From Fimbriosthenelais zetlandica (lineage: Eukaryota), in the NCBI GenBank assembly GCA_977030845.1, contig OZ365112.1:5270001-5334000 (forward strand): a DNA stretch of 64,000 bases. Reading direction: 5' to 3'. Position 1 is the first letter of the stretch. Every line of letters begins with the position of its first letter. Made by a program: the position numbers and the translations under genes. Positions 1 through 12,927 of the stretch are shown here, piece after piece. Under the pieces are notes generated by a model that saw only the letters and a program-made list of their open reading frames with translations, ran no database searches and was not told the DNA's origin.

Positions 1-270
1 CATGGTAACAATGTCCAGTGGATATTTAATGCATATCAGAGTCAGGAAGGCTCTCAGGCTCAGCAGAGCAGTGTCTGAGCAGCCTTCAACATTGACTAGC
101 TTTATAGGGGGTGGCAGGGATCAATGATAATTTGCAGCATTAAATCTCAACATCAATAGTACAAAACGTTCTACTTCTTTAACACTTAACAAGCATTCAG
201 CCAGAAATCAACTGTAAATGCTCAGGAAAAAATAGAATCTGTTTGTAAATGATGCTAAAAAATCATTCAA

Positions 271-396
271 TGACTGACTGACTGACTGACTGAACAATAA
301 AATCTGTTTGAAAAAGTGATACCTTCATTTGCCACTGACTGACTGACTGTCGGGTGACTGACTGGCAGACTGGCTGACTGTCAGGCTGGCTAACTG
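271..396. repeat. (TGAC)n tetranucleotide microsatellite, perfect at 271-293 and degenerate at about 333-396
   Basis: tgactgactgactgactgactga at 271-293, followed by diverged tgac/tggc units up to about 396. Confidence 0.85.
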
Positions 397-665
397 AAAC
401 CTCTTTGGCCCTTCCAACCTTTGCCCTATCTCCATGCACTGACTCCCAGAGCCCCCTACATTCCAGACCTGTAACAATGAGCTGTGAACAATATTAATAA
501 ATTATGTCTAATACCAGCCTACCCAGACCAACCATCCTATAGCTGACAGTCAGACACCTACATTTATTACTACAGAGATACTGAGGCTAGATGCAAGGCT
601 GTGCCCTCGGGGAATGGGAGGGAGTCTGGGAGAAGAGATCGAGGGAGACAGTTTGCGAAACACCA

Positions 666-875
666 GTGTGTTTGTGGGGTGGGAGGGTGTGTTTGTGGGG
701 TGGGAGGGTGTGTTTGTGGGGTGGGAGGGTGTGTTTGTGGGGTGGGAGGGTGTGTTTGTGGGGTGGGAGGGTGTGTTTGTGGGGTGGGAGGGTGTGTTTG
801 TGGGGTGGGAGGGTGTGTTTGTGGGGTGGGAGGGTGTGTTTGTGGGGTGGGAGGGTGTGTTTGTGGGGTGGGAGG
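666..875 (+). repeat. Minisatellite, 10 perfect copies of the 21-bp unit GTGTGTTTGTGGGGTGGGAGG
   Basis: Units counted directly at 666, 687, ... 855. They explain the repetitive ORFs (PSHPTNT, PPHKHTL, CLWGGRV, CVCGVGG, VFVGWEG) in the track. Confidence 0.97.
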
Positions 876-3464
876 GTGAGTGGGAGGGGGGGGGGCGGGG
901 GGAGGGGGCAGAGACTAGCATTGTTTACACAGGCCCTTATCCTGATGACAGGACTGTAGACAGTATCATCCATTGGCGACTCCCTCCCCACCAATTGTTA
1001 CTTTTTATTATATATTTTATTCTAAATAATAATTCTATTTACATAAAAAGACTCGGGCAAGTCTAGGTATTGTTGTGTGTCTCATCCACTGACAAGGAAA
1101 TGTGGGTCACATGTAGCTCTCCACTTGACAACATGGGGTCACACTAAACAGACAAGGGGGGTGCTCACAGAACGAGCATTTAGCCAGCGAGCAGCTCCTA
1201 TAATAAACTCCCCCACCACAGATTCTTCTTAACAAATCATGTCTGGCGAAGTATCTCACGATCCAGAAAATCTCCCTCCGACAAAAATATCATCGGGGAA
1301 ACCCAACAATGCGATTTATGACGACCTATTGGACTCGTATGGGTAATGTTAATAGTGGCAATATTTCAATCATGATTGTCAGTTTTTCTGAGATCACTTT
1401 TTAACATATCATGATTGGGGGAACCAAATAAAGGTCTATCATGGAGGAAATCAATGCCATGGTATATATAATCAGGCAGTCCAAGTCCTGATTAGTCTGT
1501 AAAAATACGAGGGTATAATACTTCAATCAAATACCCCCATGTGGGCGACGGTCGCGTGCCAGTATCAAACTATAGCTTTCATCTCAGTTTTTGAGAACAA
1601 AGCCTACCAAGGAACATGGATTAATTATTGTCACTATCATCTATAAAGCAAATTATATTTCAACTAATTGCCATTTTGAGGCACGAGTCCGTTTGCGGGC
1701 ACCCACATAATTATTGGAATTATACCAGCATCCTCTAAGGTCTAGAACAAAGTTCAGAATTGTAAGGATTTTTTGCCAGGTTCCAAATCTTGTGTGGTAT
1801 TGCTTGGGGTATAGCTAGATATGCTTCAAGCTATTTATTTAGTTCCATATTAAACCATTTTTAAGGTGACATTTTAAAGAAATGAGAGACCGTTTGATAG
1901 GAGTGGTTAAAGCAAACCCTCAGTGGGGTCATTTGCCTTCAAAGTGGAGGCCATTTCCTAGTGCTAGAGTCACAGCTACAGTGAAGCCTTCCCCATCCAA
2001 TATAAGGTGTGAGTGGGGGGAGGGGGTGGGGAGAAGGGATCAGGAGGTTGGATGGTGCCAGCCTCCTTGCTTCCACCCATATAAAGAATCAGCCGTGATA
2101 TATACGGGCCCTTGCCACTTCCCACAGACAGGCCAAGGGGGAGAAGGTGCCACAGAACTGGCGGCTAATTCAATGGGAAAATGAATTATGTCAAGTCGGC
2201 TGGATGCAATGAGGAGTTGGCGGTTATAGTCGGCCAGTAAACCGAGCCAGCAAGGCATGGGGTGTTGCTGACGCTGTGGCTTTTGCTTGCCAGCATGCAA
2301 GCCTACACCTTTCTAGGAATCAACATAACTAGCAAGGCAGTATAGGTTTATATATGGTAGGGTATTTTATCCAGGTCTGGAAATACTATTGTATGCCATG
2401 GTTGGAAGATATGTTTACATAATATAAGTCTACATTACGTAGAACTGTATATCTGGGCATAAATGTGCGGATATTTCCTATTAAATAAAGCTATTATTTT
2501 AATTAAATTGGCTAATTGATATCGGTTTCAAGCCGACCAATCTGGATGAAATGAAATCTATTTCTACATAGTTATAAACCATAAAGATAATTCTGGAAAG
2601 CGGTAATTTAGAAACCCACAGAATTCACTTATTTATCTACAAATTATTAGTTCAATAATTTCAGTAAAGCACTGAAATTGAACAAGTCAAGATTTAAGCA
2701 ATAATTTTCAATGAACTTATCCTACCTTTCCTTGACATGATGGAACAAAACCTATAGAATCCGAATTGATACGTACCTGCAAAAAGAAAGAAAACAATTC
2801 TTACAAATTATGTACAAGTGTATCATATATTTTCGAGAGTCAGAGTATGGGGGGTATTCTCATTGATTTGTTGTAAACATTTGAATATATTTAATTTACA
2901 TTTTGTATTTAGCCTACATTAAAATTCTAATGTAGAACATCGACATATTTAAACAGTATAAAGTTTATAATTAAATTAAAATTAAATATATTTTGAAATA
3001 AATTAAATAAATAGTCAGTATCCCAATGACTACAGTACAATATGGACTAGTTTACGGAGTTTGAAAAGTGAACAAGTATTTTTGACAGACCCAAGTTCTT
3101 GAGGTGCCCTTCCCATTAGGGAACAAAACACCTCCACACAGTGAAAACTTTCTCACAATCTCCAATAAAACCTCATTATATTGAAGTTTCACATCATGGA
3201 CTATCTTGGATTGAAACAAGAAATGACAAAAATCAATTTCCCTAATGCAGGAAACCTGAAATAATAATAAATTTCTAGTTAAAAGTCCGTGAAATCAATG
3301 GGAGTCGCACATTGAACATGTTGCTGTGGTATGAAGACATGCCTGGACTACAGTGGCGCCTCCAGTGAAATAAACCTGAATCAAAAACCGGAGGCGCCCC
3401 TAACGCCCGCATTGTGAAACACCATGACCTGATTATGACCTCAAATGACAATGTTCCTTATCAC

Positions 3465-6400
3465 CTATGAAAATAGAATAATGTTCCGAATAAACATTTG
3501 ACATACCCAAATATCCTCATTCATACCACGCCAATCTTCATCGTCCAAAACAATGTCCCTCAGACTGTTAAAGAGCTCGGTTAAAAAGGCGTTTTGCAGT
3601 CCATAAAGCAACTCAGAATCATTAGCATTGCTTGCGTGATTTTTGCCAAACATCTTCAGAACGTTTTTTCTCCTTATTAAGAACCAGGATTAAAGACGAG
3701 GCCACAGAGGGCTTTAAATAGATGAATTAAGATGTCTTGCACTGAGGAAGCAGTTGACACTACTTGGCAACCAAGTAAGGTTATGCCAAGATTTGATAAA
3801 TTCCTGTCTTCTGCCTTTCTAAAATGTCCAAGTAAAATGTCCTTTAGAATCCTCAGGTACGTCTCATGCAGTTTCTGGTTAAGAGTTACGTCTAAGATGC
3901 TTCAATTTGACATAAAATCTGGTAAGATGTTGTTAGATGAACCGTGCACATGCCTGAATTCATGCAATCTGGTCTTAGAAGCCGAAGGGTCAAAATGGTG
4001 AACGCTGCTCATGGCAAGTCAACAGGTGTAGCGGGCAAAGTGTCCCATACAACCTAGGCCAAGGCAAATCTAAGAAAGTATCATACCAAATAAAAACCCT
4101 TTGTTAATTAAATTCACGAATTTTAATAGTACTATATTTCAATTAATTTTAATCTCGTCGATTTTTCACCATGGAAACAAAATGTTTTGGGGGAGAATAT
4201 TCCCGCTGCTTCCATGGTTACCAAAAGAAAGTTTCCGGTTGGTGTGAAACAAGGAATTATTTTATTGTTTATAGGATGTCAGACCAAGGATGAATTGTTT
4301 TGCGGCCAAGAGTGGGTTGGAAATGATTGCTGGCATTAGATCAGAACTGGTTTTTCTTCCTGAAACGTTTGCAACTTTTGGATTGTGGAAAATTCCATGG
4401 GTGGCCACTGCCACGCCGTCGACTGCTTCGCGTTCGCCTAGCTGGCGAATGCTCTCAACCGGGATGCTTTGAATCCAGTGACTGATGAAGAAAGGAAAGA
4501 CTTTGATATTGTCAATGCATTTTGAGGGCACCCAGCTGAATGCTCGTGAATCATGCTTGATGACAGCCTCATCATCACATGCAGGCTTTTCCATTAACTT
4601 CTTACCGTTGTTTTATATGCTCATTAACTGACATGCAATCTCTTTGATCTATCGTCTTCGGAGTGCGCCTCACACTTGCCATGATATGATGCCGGACTTT
4701 AAAAGTACCCCCGGCCATAAAAATTAACGGGGATCAAATTTATTTTGCATCCCCTTTTCTACCAACGTGATCTACCCTGCAATCTTATACAAGCTGGATA
4801 TTTTAGCCGAGGTAAACCTATTTTCTAATCACAAAAATAAGACCATGCCTGGTCCAAAGTATAGACCTTATAGCACCTTTAGATCATTCTTAAATTAGAA
4901 AAAAAGAGACATCCAATTTGCGATATCCTACTGACTATTTTAATAACCTTCATCTTGCAATTTCAGATCTAAAATTATCATCAGATTGTGTATCAATGAT
5001 GAATACACAAATGTCCGGTAAGTTTTAATTTAGTGAAACTAATCTAGCCTAAGTAAAAAGAGGTTTCCAACATGGATTACAAATTATAACAATATAAAAT
5101 ATTAATAGAAATATTCATTTCGGCGGTGACAATACTCAAAGCGGGTAAAATGGATGAGAGTCCAACATGTCATTTTATCATTAGATTATGTCCGTTTGAT
5201 TAAATGACAGAGCTGAAACTATAAAGGGGGAGGGGCTGGATGGAGTCAATACAAACTTGTCCACGGGGTCTATAAACTCATTTTAAAACTGTCCAACTAC
5301 AGCCCCTCACTACAGCCTGCCATCTCGTGGCAAGCCAAACAGTCTGCACTCTAGCGGAAGTGAACCAGTCAAGGAACTGTCTCCAGCGATAATTTGATTC
5401 TATTTTTATATGGATTGAAAACTGGATTTGATTGTGTCAGAGTATATTTAGACCAAACTTGACTCCCTATTTTCTCTGAACGTGGTTCTGTGGTCCTACC
5501 ATATTTATAGCAAGGTTACCAGTAAAGAAATATGCCTGAAACATTTTAAAAACATTTAAATAAAACTAAAAAATAAAAAATAAATGGAGATGGAGAAGGA
5601 GGAATATATATTCTTTAAAAGTGTCTTAATACCATAATAACTGCTACTAAATGAAGTCTGGAAAGGTGAACTCTATAATTATCCTGTTTAAATAGAGAGA
5701 AAAAGTGCTAGTTCCCCCAATAGAAACCTCTCCCCCTGTATATATGCTCAGATAGGATGGAATCCTATTAGAGATGAATACCTATCAGTGTATATAGGTC
5801 CTCAGTAGGGGCGGTGAGAAATATTGTCTTCTGCTGAAGTAATCTAAATATCCAACCTTCATTTCGTCTCATGCATGGAGGAAATAGGGCATCATTGCAT
5901 GAGCAAGAGGTAGAACGGAGGAGCAAGTCAAGCTCACATTGATTCATGGATAGAAGAGCGAGCAGCTCGACTGTGAGGCGAAATAGAAAGGCCTGGATCT
6001 TTTCCTGCACACTCGGAATCCATTATCTGGTTCCATACGAGGTAATTGGCACCGTGCAGGCAACCATGTATATGCGATCGAATTTCCACAAAGCTCAAAA
6101 TTAAGAATAAATTTCCTCATTTGGAAATCATATTGTATTAACAAACATTTGTTGGAATTAATCTTCTTGACAAGAGAATAAATTGACAGAAATATTCAGT
6201 CAGCGCCTAGCTGAGGATTCCTTTTGTTGCTCGACTTTCTTTATGGACATTGATTTTCAATTTTTCTCACTTTGCCAGGAGAAGTGGCCCTTGAAATACA
6301 GGCGTTTGTCATGTTTTTAATTTTGAATTCCACCATTGAAGCTTTGCTTCAGACCAATGATGTATCGCTCTTGTTTTGTCGCGTGTATTTCAGTAATAAA

Positions 6401-7800
6401 GCAGTTGGGAGGGAGTGGCCGGGGCACACTTCCATCACTCGCTCCCTGCACGCTGGAATAGCAACACTCAGTCTATGTAACCATTCCAATTTATTTGATT
6501 TATTTTGGGGCCATGATAAGGCCGACATGGGGATGACAGGTCCACAAGACTGATCACCGATCATCCCGAGAAAATCATGCAGGCCCTCCCCACCACCCTC
6601 ACCTTCTACAACAAATCCCGGCTGAATTATGCAAGATATGACCAAACATTATTTTCCTAATGTTCCTTCATAATCGATTTTCCATATTTATTTCAAGCAT
6701 TCATGATCTAGTCTACTCCTGTTACTATATCCTTTCATTCAATGCTTTCACGACAGATTAGGAATTTGTTTCAGAAAGTGTAGGCTGGAGTGAAACCTCA
6801 AATACAGATCAAGGTCACCTCCAAAAACACAAAACCTATAGATCACATCATTTCATTCTCCTCCTGTCTCTCTTCCCGTAAAACTACTTTAACCACAATC
6901 AATATATAGTATTTTCACACCAAGTTCCCAGAGGGAAGCAACGCCGGAATAGACAGCTGCCTAGAACTGTCTATTCTAAGATCAAGATATATATATCACT
7001 ATCTAAAATGGACAATTCCCATTTAAAGTACAATCAAAACTTTTGCAATCTCCAGGGTCTTAGGTAAAATTATTGAAAAGTGTTTACTTATTCTAATGGC
7101 AAAACAACCATAGACTGGCTGCACGCACTCCGTGTAAGTATATAGGATGCATCTTTGGTCGAGTATGATTAACTATGATAAAGTATAAGGCATTGGTAAT
7201 AGATCTGCCTCCAGTTAGTTTCAATAAGAGAAGCATGAATTGAAGCAAACGACTTTCCAGATAGAGTTACCCGAGGAATCGATAAAATGCACACTTTTTA
7301 ATTCATGCTATCCCTCATCCCAGCACCAGCTACAATTACCATAACAGTTTTTATGGAAAGATAGATCGCTTATATTTCCACAGTACTTTATATATAGAAA
7401 TGTACAACCGCTTTATTTCTATGGCATCTATACATATTCATCTCTTTATTCCCCTGAATAATAGAGGTCAATACTTAATGAAAATGTCTATGTAAGGGCA
7501 GTAAAAGGGCCCTTAATGACTCAAGGACATCTTTCTTGAAATTTCATCCTCTATTATTCTTATTGAAGACAGCACGCTCTTCGTACAGAATGTCTAGTCG
7601 AGCAGGCCTTGAATAAATTTCACGCCTTTCAAATTGTGTTTGAAATCCAATTCCTTTTCAAGGGCTTGACTTTTTTTGTAACGTCCCAACCAAAGAATGT
7701 CCCATTGGTTTAAAATAATCAACGACTGTTCCAGAACAAAAAATCAATGTCGCCGAGACATTTTCCGAGGAGAAAGAAAACAATTCCCCGGCGGGACGTC
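3465..7800 (-). pseudogene. Decayed, probably intron-split Mutator-like (MULE) DDE transposase remnant
   Basis: Manual minus-strand translation across stops and frameshifts gives fragments in the order expected for animal MULE transposases: ALWKFDRIYMVACTVPITSY..PSVQEKIQAFLFRL (~6080-5960), VSLTCSSVLPLAHAMMPYF..MKVGYLDYFSRRQYFSPPLLRTYIH (~5940-5785; resembles vTDFSxALxxAxxxxFn...YL...TxIHLC) and SWFLIRRKNVLKMFG (3689-3645; resembles ExWFxxxKxxIL). AT-rich intron-like spacers separate them. The family match is from memory of motifs, not from a search. Confidence 0.45.
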
Positions 7801-10567
7801 AAGGGGAGGCATAAGCAGGAACAGTGTTGGTCGCTTTACTTAATTTTCCAGGGGCTTCTTATGAAATAAAGCTCTATAATACAATAAACGTTTATGTTAT
7901 TACCGAGTCTGGCACGCGGGGGACAGTTTTCATCCGATCAAGTGAATAACACGGGGTATTTGTTACCAAAGTCTGGAGGTAAGGAACTAAATTGCCAACT
8001 GCGTCAGGTTCCCTGGTGGATGTGCCTTTATCAGCGCTCGCCGTCGTATTACTGTATTAAGAGGCAGATGGGGATATTTGTGTTCTCCCCCTCGGTCCTT
8101 GCATGGTGATTTAGTACTTGCTGCATGTGGACGGCTTCCCACCAGGTTGCTGGCAGACCCACCCCCTAACTCTGCCCCTTCCATCTGACCACACCTTGTA
8201 CAACACAGCTGTGGCCACCACAGACTGCTTCTATTGAATTTCCACTGCAGAGTCTAGTGGAATCCTTGCTCGTGGAGAGGCACCTTGCCGCCTCTGAGAG
8301 CTGGGGTTATTTTGGGATTATGCTTTGCACTCTGCCTCTTCGCATATCGGCTGGCGAAACATTATCCTCTATTTTATGGCCCGCAGGCGATCCAACCATT
8401 GCATGGGTCACATAGAAAAATACCTCAAAGTGGAAAATGATCCAGCTTGTGTGTGGACACGTGAGGCAAGAAAGATTATTTCATTTCCGGGGTAGCAAGA
8501 GCAGTCTCAATCATCTACGGCAGCCTGCCTGTGGATCATACAGAGTTATGCCCCACCTCCAGGCAAAATACCAATACCAGATATGTCAAAGCAAGCAGGA
8601 AAAGCCCTCAGGAACACTGATTCAGCTCTGCCCTAATGCCATTGGCGTTGACAAGGCCCATCCCAAAAGAACAAAACCAATTACATTGAGAGATTTGCTA
8701 TTAGCCTATCTTTATATTCAGGGTCACAATCCAGCAAGTCCTATTAGAATAGGTATTATACCTCTGCGACAGACGCAAAGCAGATAAGAGGGAATATATA
8801 TCCCCAGCTCTTATTCAATTGACAAAGGGCTTCTTTGGAATCTTGCAGGCGTCTTTGGCTTAGCATATTATGCTAATCTAGGCCTACCCAGTGTTAGACT
8901 TGGTGAATTCCAGTCAGTCTGAAAGTACCATTAAATCCCTTGAAATGTTACCTCCTTGGGGCTGACGGGAATTGGAAACGGCTGGTGGTGTCAAAGGGAA
9001 AGAAGGTTTAAATTTCAATGCTTAGTTCTTTGGCTTTGTTCGTCTCCACAAAGGGGGTGGTGTAGAGCCCCCAACGCGCGACACTCACCCATCAGAAGCT
9101 AGTAGTATATGGTGTCAGGACTTTGCAGCCATGTCTTATAGTAGTATAGGCAAATGAACCTTCTTTGATGGTCCCGAATCCACACCAGCTTCCCAGAATA
9201 GGCGAAGTATTAGTGATTTTTGTTATGAATTAATAAAGAACAGCTCTTTACATGAAAGTAAAACCCCTCTGGCATAGTTAATTCAATTCAATTAATGGTA
9301 ATCTAGCTCTAGAAGCAGCAGCCTGCAGCACTCTCGAGAAATGCATTTTGATGAAATATTAACCGATCATATTCAGATGCGGAGGCAAATGTGTGGACGG
9401 CCATGTGATAAAGGCTGCATTCGTTAATACCATCTGACACGGCGGGGGATGAAAATATGTTTATGGCGAGGGTTTGTAATGGTCATTTGAGGCACTTAGT
9501 GATTAAGTGTTAGACCACATACACTAAGTCCCCGGAGTGACAAGTACAACGCGCGAGTCCCTCCCTATTAGTTTGATATATGGAGCAGCTCGCTGACATG
9601 TGCATGGGCACGACAAGGCTTCACAGCCTTAACAAAACCAAACTATGTGTGGCTGCCCTGCCCTGGGACACATTCCTCACTAGGATACACCCTATTTACA
9701 TAATTATACCAAGCATGGCTTAGGGAATTCACCTCGCCATCTTGTGTGATGTGGGATGTACCTTGTAGGGCTTTGACACCAAATGCCAGCGGCTGTTGAC
9801 GAGGCCTATCCAACCATGCGATATCGGCATTACAATGATTAACAGACGGACTTTAGCCGGTAGAAACAAGGATGGAAAATGCAGGTCTGCAAGGGTTATT
9901 ACTCCAATACACTCTCAGACGGTTTCACATTGGAAGACTAGCCGGGTTTGGAGCTGGCAACGAGAAAGAGAAGCATGAGAGGATGACAATCGATGGAAAT
10001 GGGGTTAGATACTGCTAGTAAATAGAGAGAGCGGGGAAGCTCCAGCAACATGCAAAGTAATTGAAGGCACGGCAGATGAAAGACAACAGCCTCTAATGTT
10101 ATTTGCGTGCTATCCTGTCTGCTATAGACTGTATTTTTGTACCATAGTGCATTTCACGTGTTGTCAAGACAAACACACACCCAAAATAACCACTGCTTGG
10201 AAACAGATTACTATTTTGTCACCCATCTGAAAACGTAAGATCTGCCGGATCATATTCGTCTTTGAAGCACAGAATCTTCAATTTGTTGGCAATATCTGTT
10301 CATGAAAGCACACTAAGTCTTGGTATATATATATATAGTTGTCTCAGAATCTCCAACCAAATGTTCAAAGCGAGAATGTCAATATGAAATATAACCATGA
10401 CATTTTATAATATGAATTATTTAAACATGCCAAGGATAAGACATAAATGGACGGACAAATTAATCCCTTTCTGAACGTTGTCTGTCTGTAAAGCAAAATA
10501 TTCGTGTCTTTCCCAATCCGGAATATATCTAAATCTCCCGGAATCTACCTGATTACATCTATACAAT

Positions 10568-10844
10568 TGTTATATTTTGATTAATATGTCTCTTAATGAT
10601 TAATTATCCTATTGAGTATATACGGAGCGATGAAGGAACAAACACATAGGAGTACAGTCCAAGCACTACTGACTTGTGTATCTAGTCTTTCTTTATTTTT
10701 AGGGCAAAAGACAAAACAAGGTTTGAAGAATGAGTCATGCTCATATGATGTAAGGTTACAGGCTTGTACATACACTGTAGGAGAAAAGATGGTAATAGAC
10801 CTTTTGAGGGAAAATTAATATTAGGAGAAAACTAGAATATAACA
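10568..10844 (-). repeat. 3' LTR of the minus-strand LTR element
   Basis: 277 bp, TG...CA termini with a 9-bp terminal inverted repeat, AATAAA on the minus strand, identical to 12941-13217. Confidence 0.95.
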
Positions 10845-10863
10845 TTACCCCCGGTCTCCCTAA
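10845..10863 (-). other. Polypurine tract (PPT)
   Basis: The minus strand reads ...TTAGGGAGACCGGGGGTAA immediately before the TGTTATA start of the 3' LTR. Confidence 0.75.
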
Positions 10864-12057
10864 AAATGTTTGAAGGTGAAACCTGGAAGTTATGTGAAAG
10901 TGATATTTGTAAGAGAAATTTGGAATAAGTTACGGAAATTATTAGAAATAGAAATTAAATGACATCATTTGAGAATACTACGTGTATGAATGGTAAGACG
11001 TAGAAAGCTTGACATGAACTGTAAATTTTTTGTATAATCTAATTAAGCAAGATAAGTTTATAAACGCAAGATTACATGGGTACTCTTAAGTAACTTTCTA
11101 TCATCTATTTAAGACCTTTTACATTTAATAACTAAAGAAGATTAGGACAGTTTGTCCAAATCCCATGTTATACGTCTATTTAGTTGATGGGAAATTAAAA
11201 TAATAAAACATTAACTCCAGGATACTCAATAACTAACTCGAAAACCATCGAGACAATCTAAAAATGGATAAACGGCTAAATATAAGTACTGTAACTAGAA
11301 TACATTTACATATATGACTGGCCATTTTCCAGTAAGTATGGTTATACAGAGGATTACACCAACTTAAACCTAAGTAAAATATGAGTAAGTGAGATATATG
11401 TGTGAAACTCATTATCTGTATCAGGCAGTTTGACTCACAAAGGTCAGTTGCATCTGCTCACCAAATGCCCCACATGACAATCATAGTCACCCCGAGATGC
11501 AAAGGGATCTATACCACTGAAGTGTACCACAAGGCATGGTTGCTGGTGGTCAGATTAGAGATGCACTGAGTGAATGCTCCGGCGTGCAGCAGTTACAACT
11601 AGCTAGGAGGTAACTGCCTCCGAGGGGTTCACATCCCAAACCCCTATAGGATCACTGCAGTTCCCTTATCTGTGGGGGTATTGCAATACCACCCACTGGG
11701 TAACTGGGGGCACCCACTCATCACAAGGAAGGCATACAAGAATCTTCCCCCACACCATGTGTCAGACTATTAATCAATACACAGCAAGGCTGGGGTGATA
11801 GAGGATGACACATGAAACTTAAGCAAACATCCGCAAACCACCCAAGATCATCTCCCCACACTGACACAGACAATTTGTCACAATCATCATGTTTACCAGT
11901 TTACAGTTGTTCATTTCGTCCCACACAGTTATACAGCTGTTAAAATTAATATAAATGGCTGTGAGGACTTAGAGTATTATACATAACTAACTGAACTCAT
12001 TCCTGGCATCTGAGTAACATATCTATGGGATTACAACATGCAATTAACCTCTAACAT

Positions 12058-12300
12058 TCATATAGCATCTTTATTTCCTCTTAAGAAATGTCCACCTTGT
12101 CTATCCCCTAGTCCAGATCGTCCCAGTATAGCAAAACCAACAGAATCACGAGCAGAAATATCTGCAACTGGAGGTGGAGGAGCATAATCAGCAAAACCTT
12201 GTGTAAGGGTCCTATCACACACCACGGCTCCCGGTGGCAGGGGTGTAGTACCCCCGGGAGTATGGTGACATGGGCTCCGGTGAGCATCACTGGGGTCCAT
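12058..12300 (-). CDS. 80-aa Pro/Gly-rich small ORF inside the LTR element (possible gag-like relic, function unknown)
   Basis: ORF MDPSDAHRSP...NKDAI in the element's sense orientation. It overlaps a 74-aa ORF (12108-12332) that carries a hydrophobic segment. No domain recognised. Confidence 0.3.
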   Translation of the reverse strand: MDPSDAHRSPCHHTPGGTTPLPPGAVVCDRTLTQGFADYAPPPPVADISARDSVGFAILGRSGLGDRQGGHFLRGNKDAI

Positions 12301-12477
12301 GGGGTCCCCCGAGGGAAAATGTGCTGTTCCATGGTCTAGGTGTTATAGACTAGTCTAAATATTCAGAAATGTCGCTCTAAAAAGTCCCTAAGGCATTTTT
12401 GAGGAAAAGCTGGCAAACAAGTGCTCCAGGGGCACTCGGGGGCGCTGTTCACTTTTCCTGAAAATTGTACCAGTCTA

Positions 12478-12675
12478 TTACCGTTTATCACCTGAATGTC
12501 CTCCAATTACCTGGGCACCTTCCTCAGATGAATTGGATCCAGACTGGACAAAAGGCTCTTCCAAAGCACCAGCCTGTTGTAAATTCCTAAGCCTAGTTCT
12601 GGTCAAATGGCGCACAGGAATTCTAGATAACTCCTTTGCAGTTTTAGCAATAGCAGAGAATTTGTCCTTCTCCAT
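12478..12675 (-). CDS. 65-aa basic small ORF inside the LTR element (possible gag N-terminus relic)
   Basis: ATG-initiated MEKDKFSAIAKTAKELSRIPVRHLTRTRLRNLQQ...DKR in sense orientation, about 265 nt downstream of the 5' LTR, where gag normally starts. No domain recognised. Confidence 0.35.
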   Translation of the reverse strand: MEKDKFSAIAKTAKELSRIPVRHLTRTRLRNLQQAGALEEPFVQSGSNSSEEGAQVIGGHSGDKR

Positions 12676-12927
12676 AAGCACAGGCACAGAAAATCACTGC
12701 TAAATAAAAATAAGACTCCATATGCATATTGATAGTCCAGTCCACAGGAGCTGCAGAGAGGGAGGCAGAAAAGGGCCGCAGAGACTCGAGCAAGTCCCTG
12801 AGTGGAGAGCAGCTCACGCTCACTAAGCAAACTTTAGCAAAATTAAACACTATATAATGAGGTGTAGAATCACCCCCACCAAAAGAAAAAGGCCCCAGCG
12901 AGGCTGAGGGGTAGCCAGGACCGGGTC

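Noticed and set aside
550-1066. Five overlapping ORFs of 92-150 aa
   Set aside because: They are artefacts of the stop-free 21-bp minisatellite, and the translations are pure heptapeptide repeats.
3355-3398. 9-bp inverted repeat GGCGCCTCC...GGAGGCGCC with a 26-nt spacer
   Set aside because: Short and isolated, with no TSD or second copy. Compatible with chance.
12540-12725. Signal-peptide plus Cys-rich frame MESYFYLAVIFCACAYGEGQILCYC...
   Set aside because: Four stops follow within about 25 codons while the overlapping frame is fully open, so it is most likely a shadow frame.
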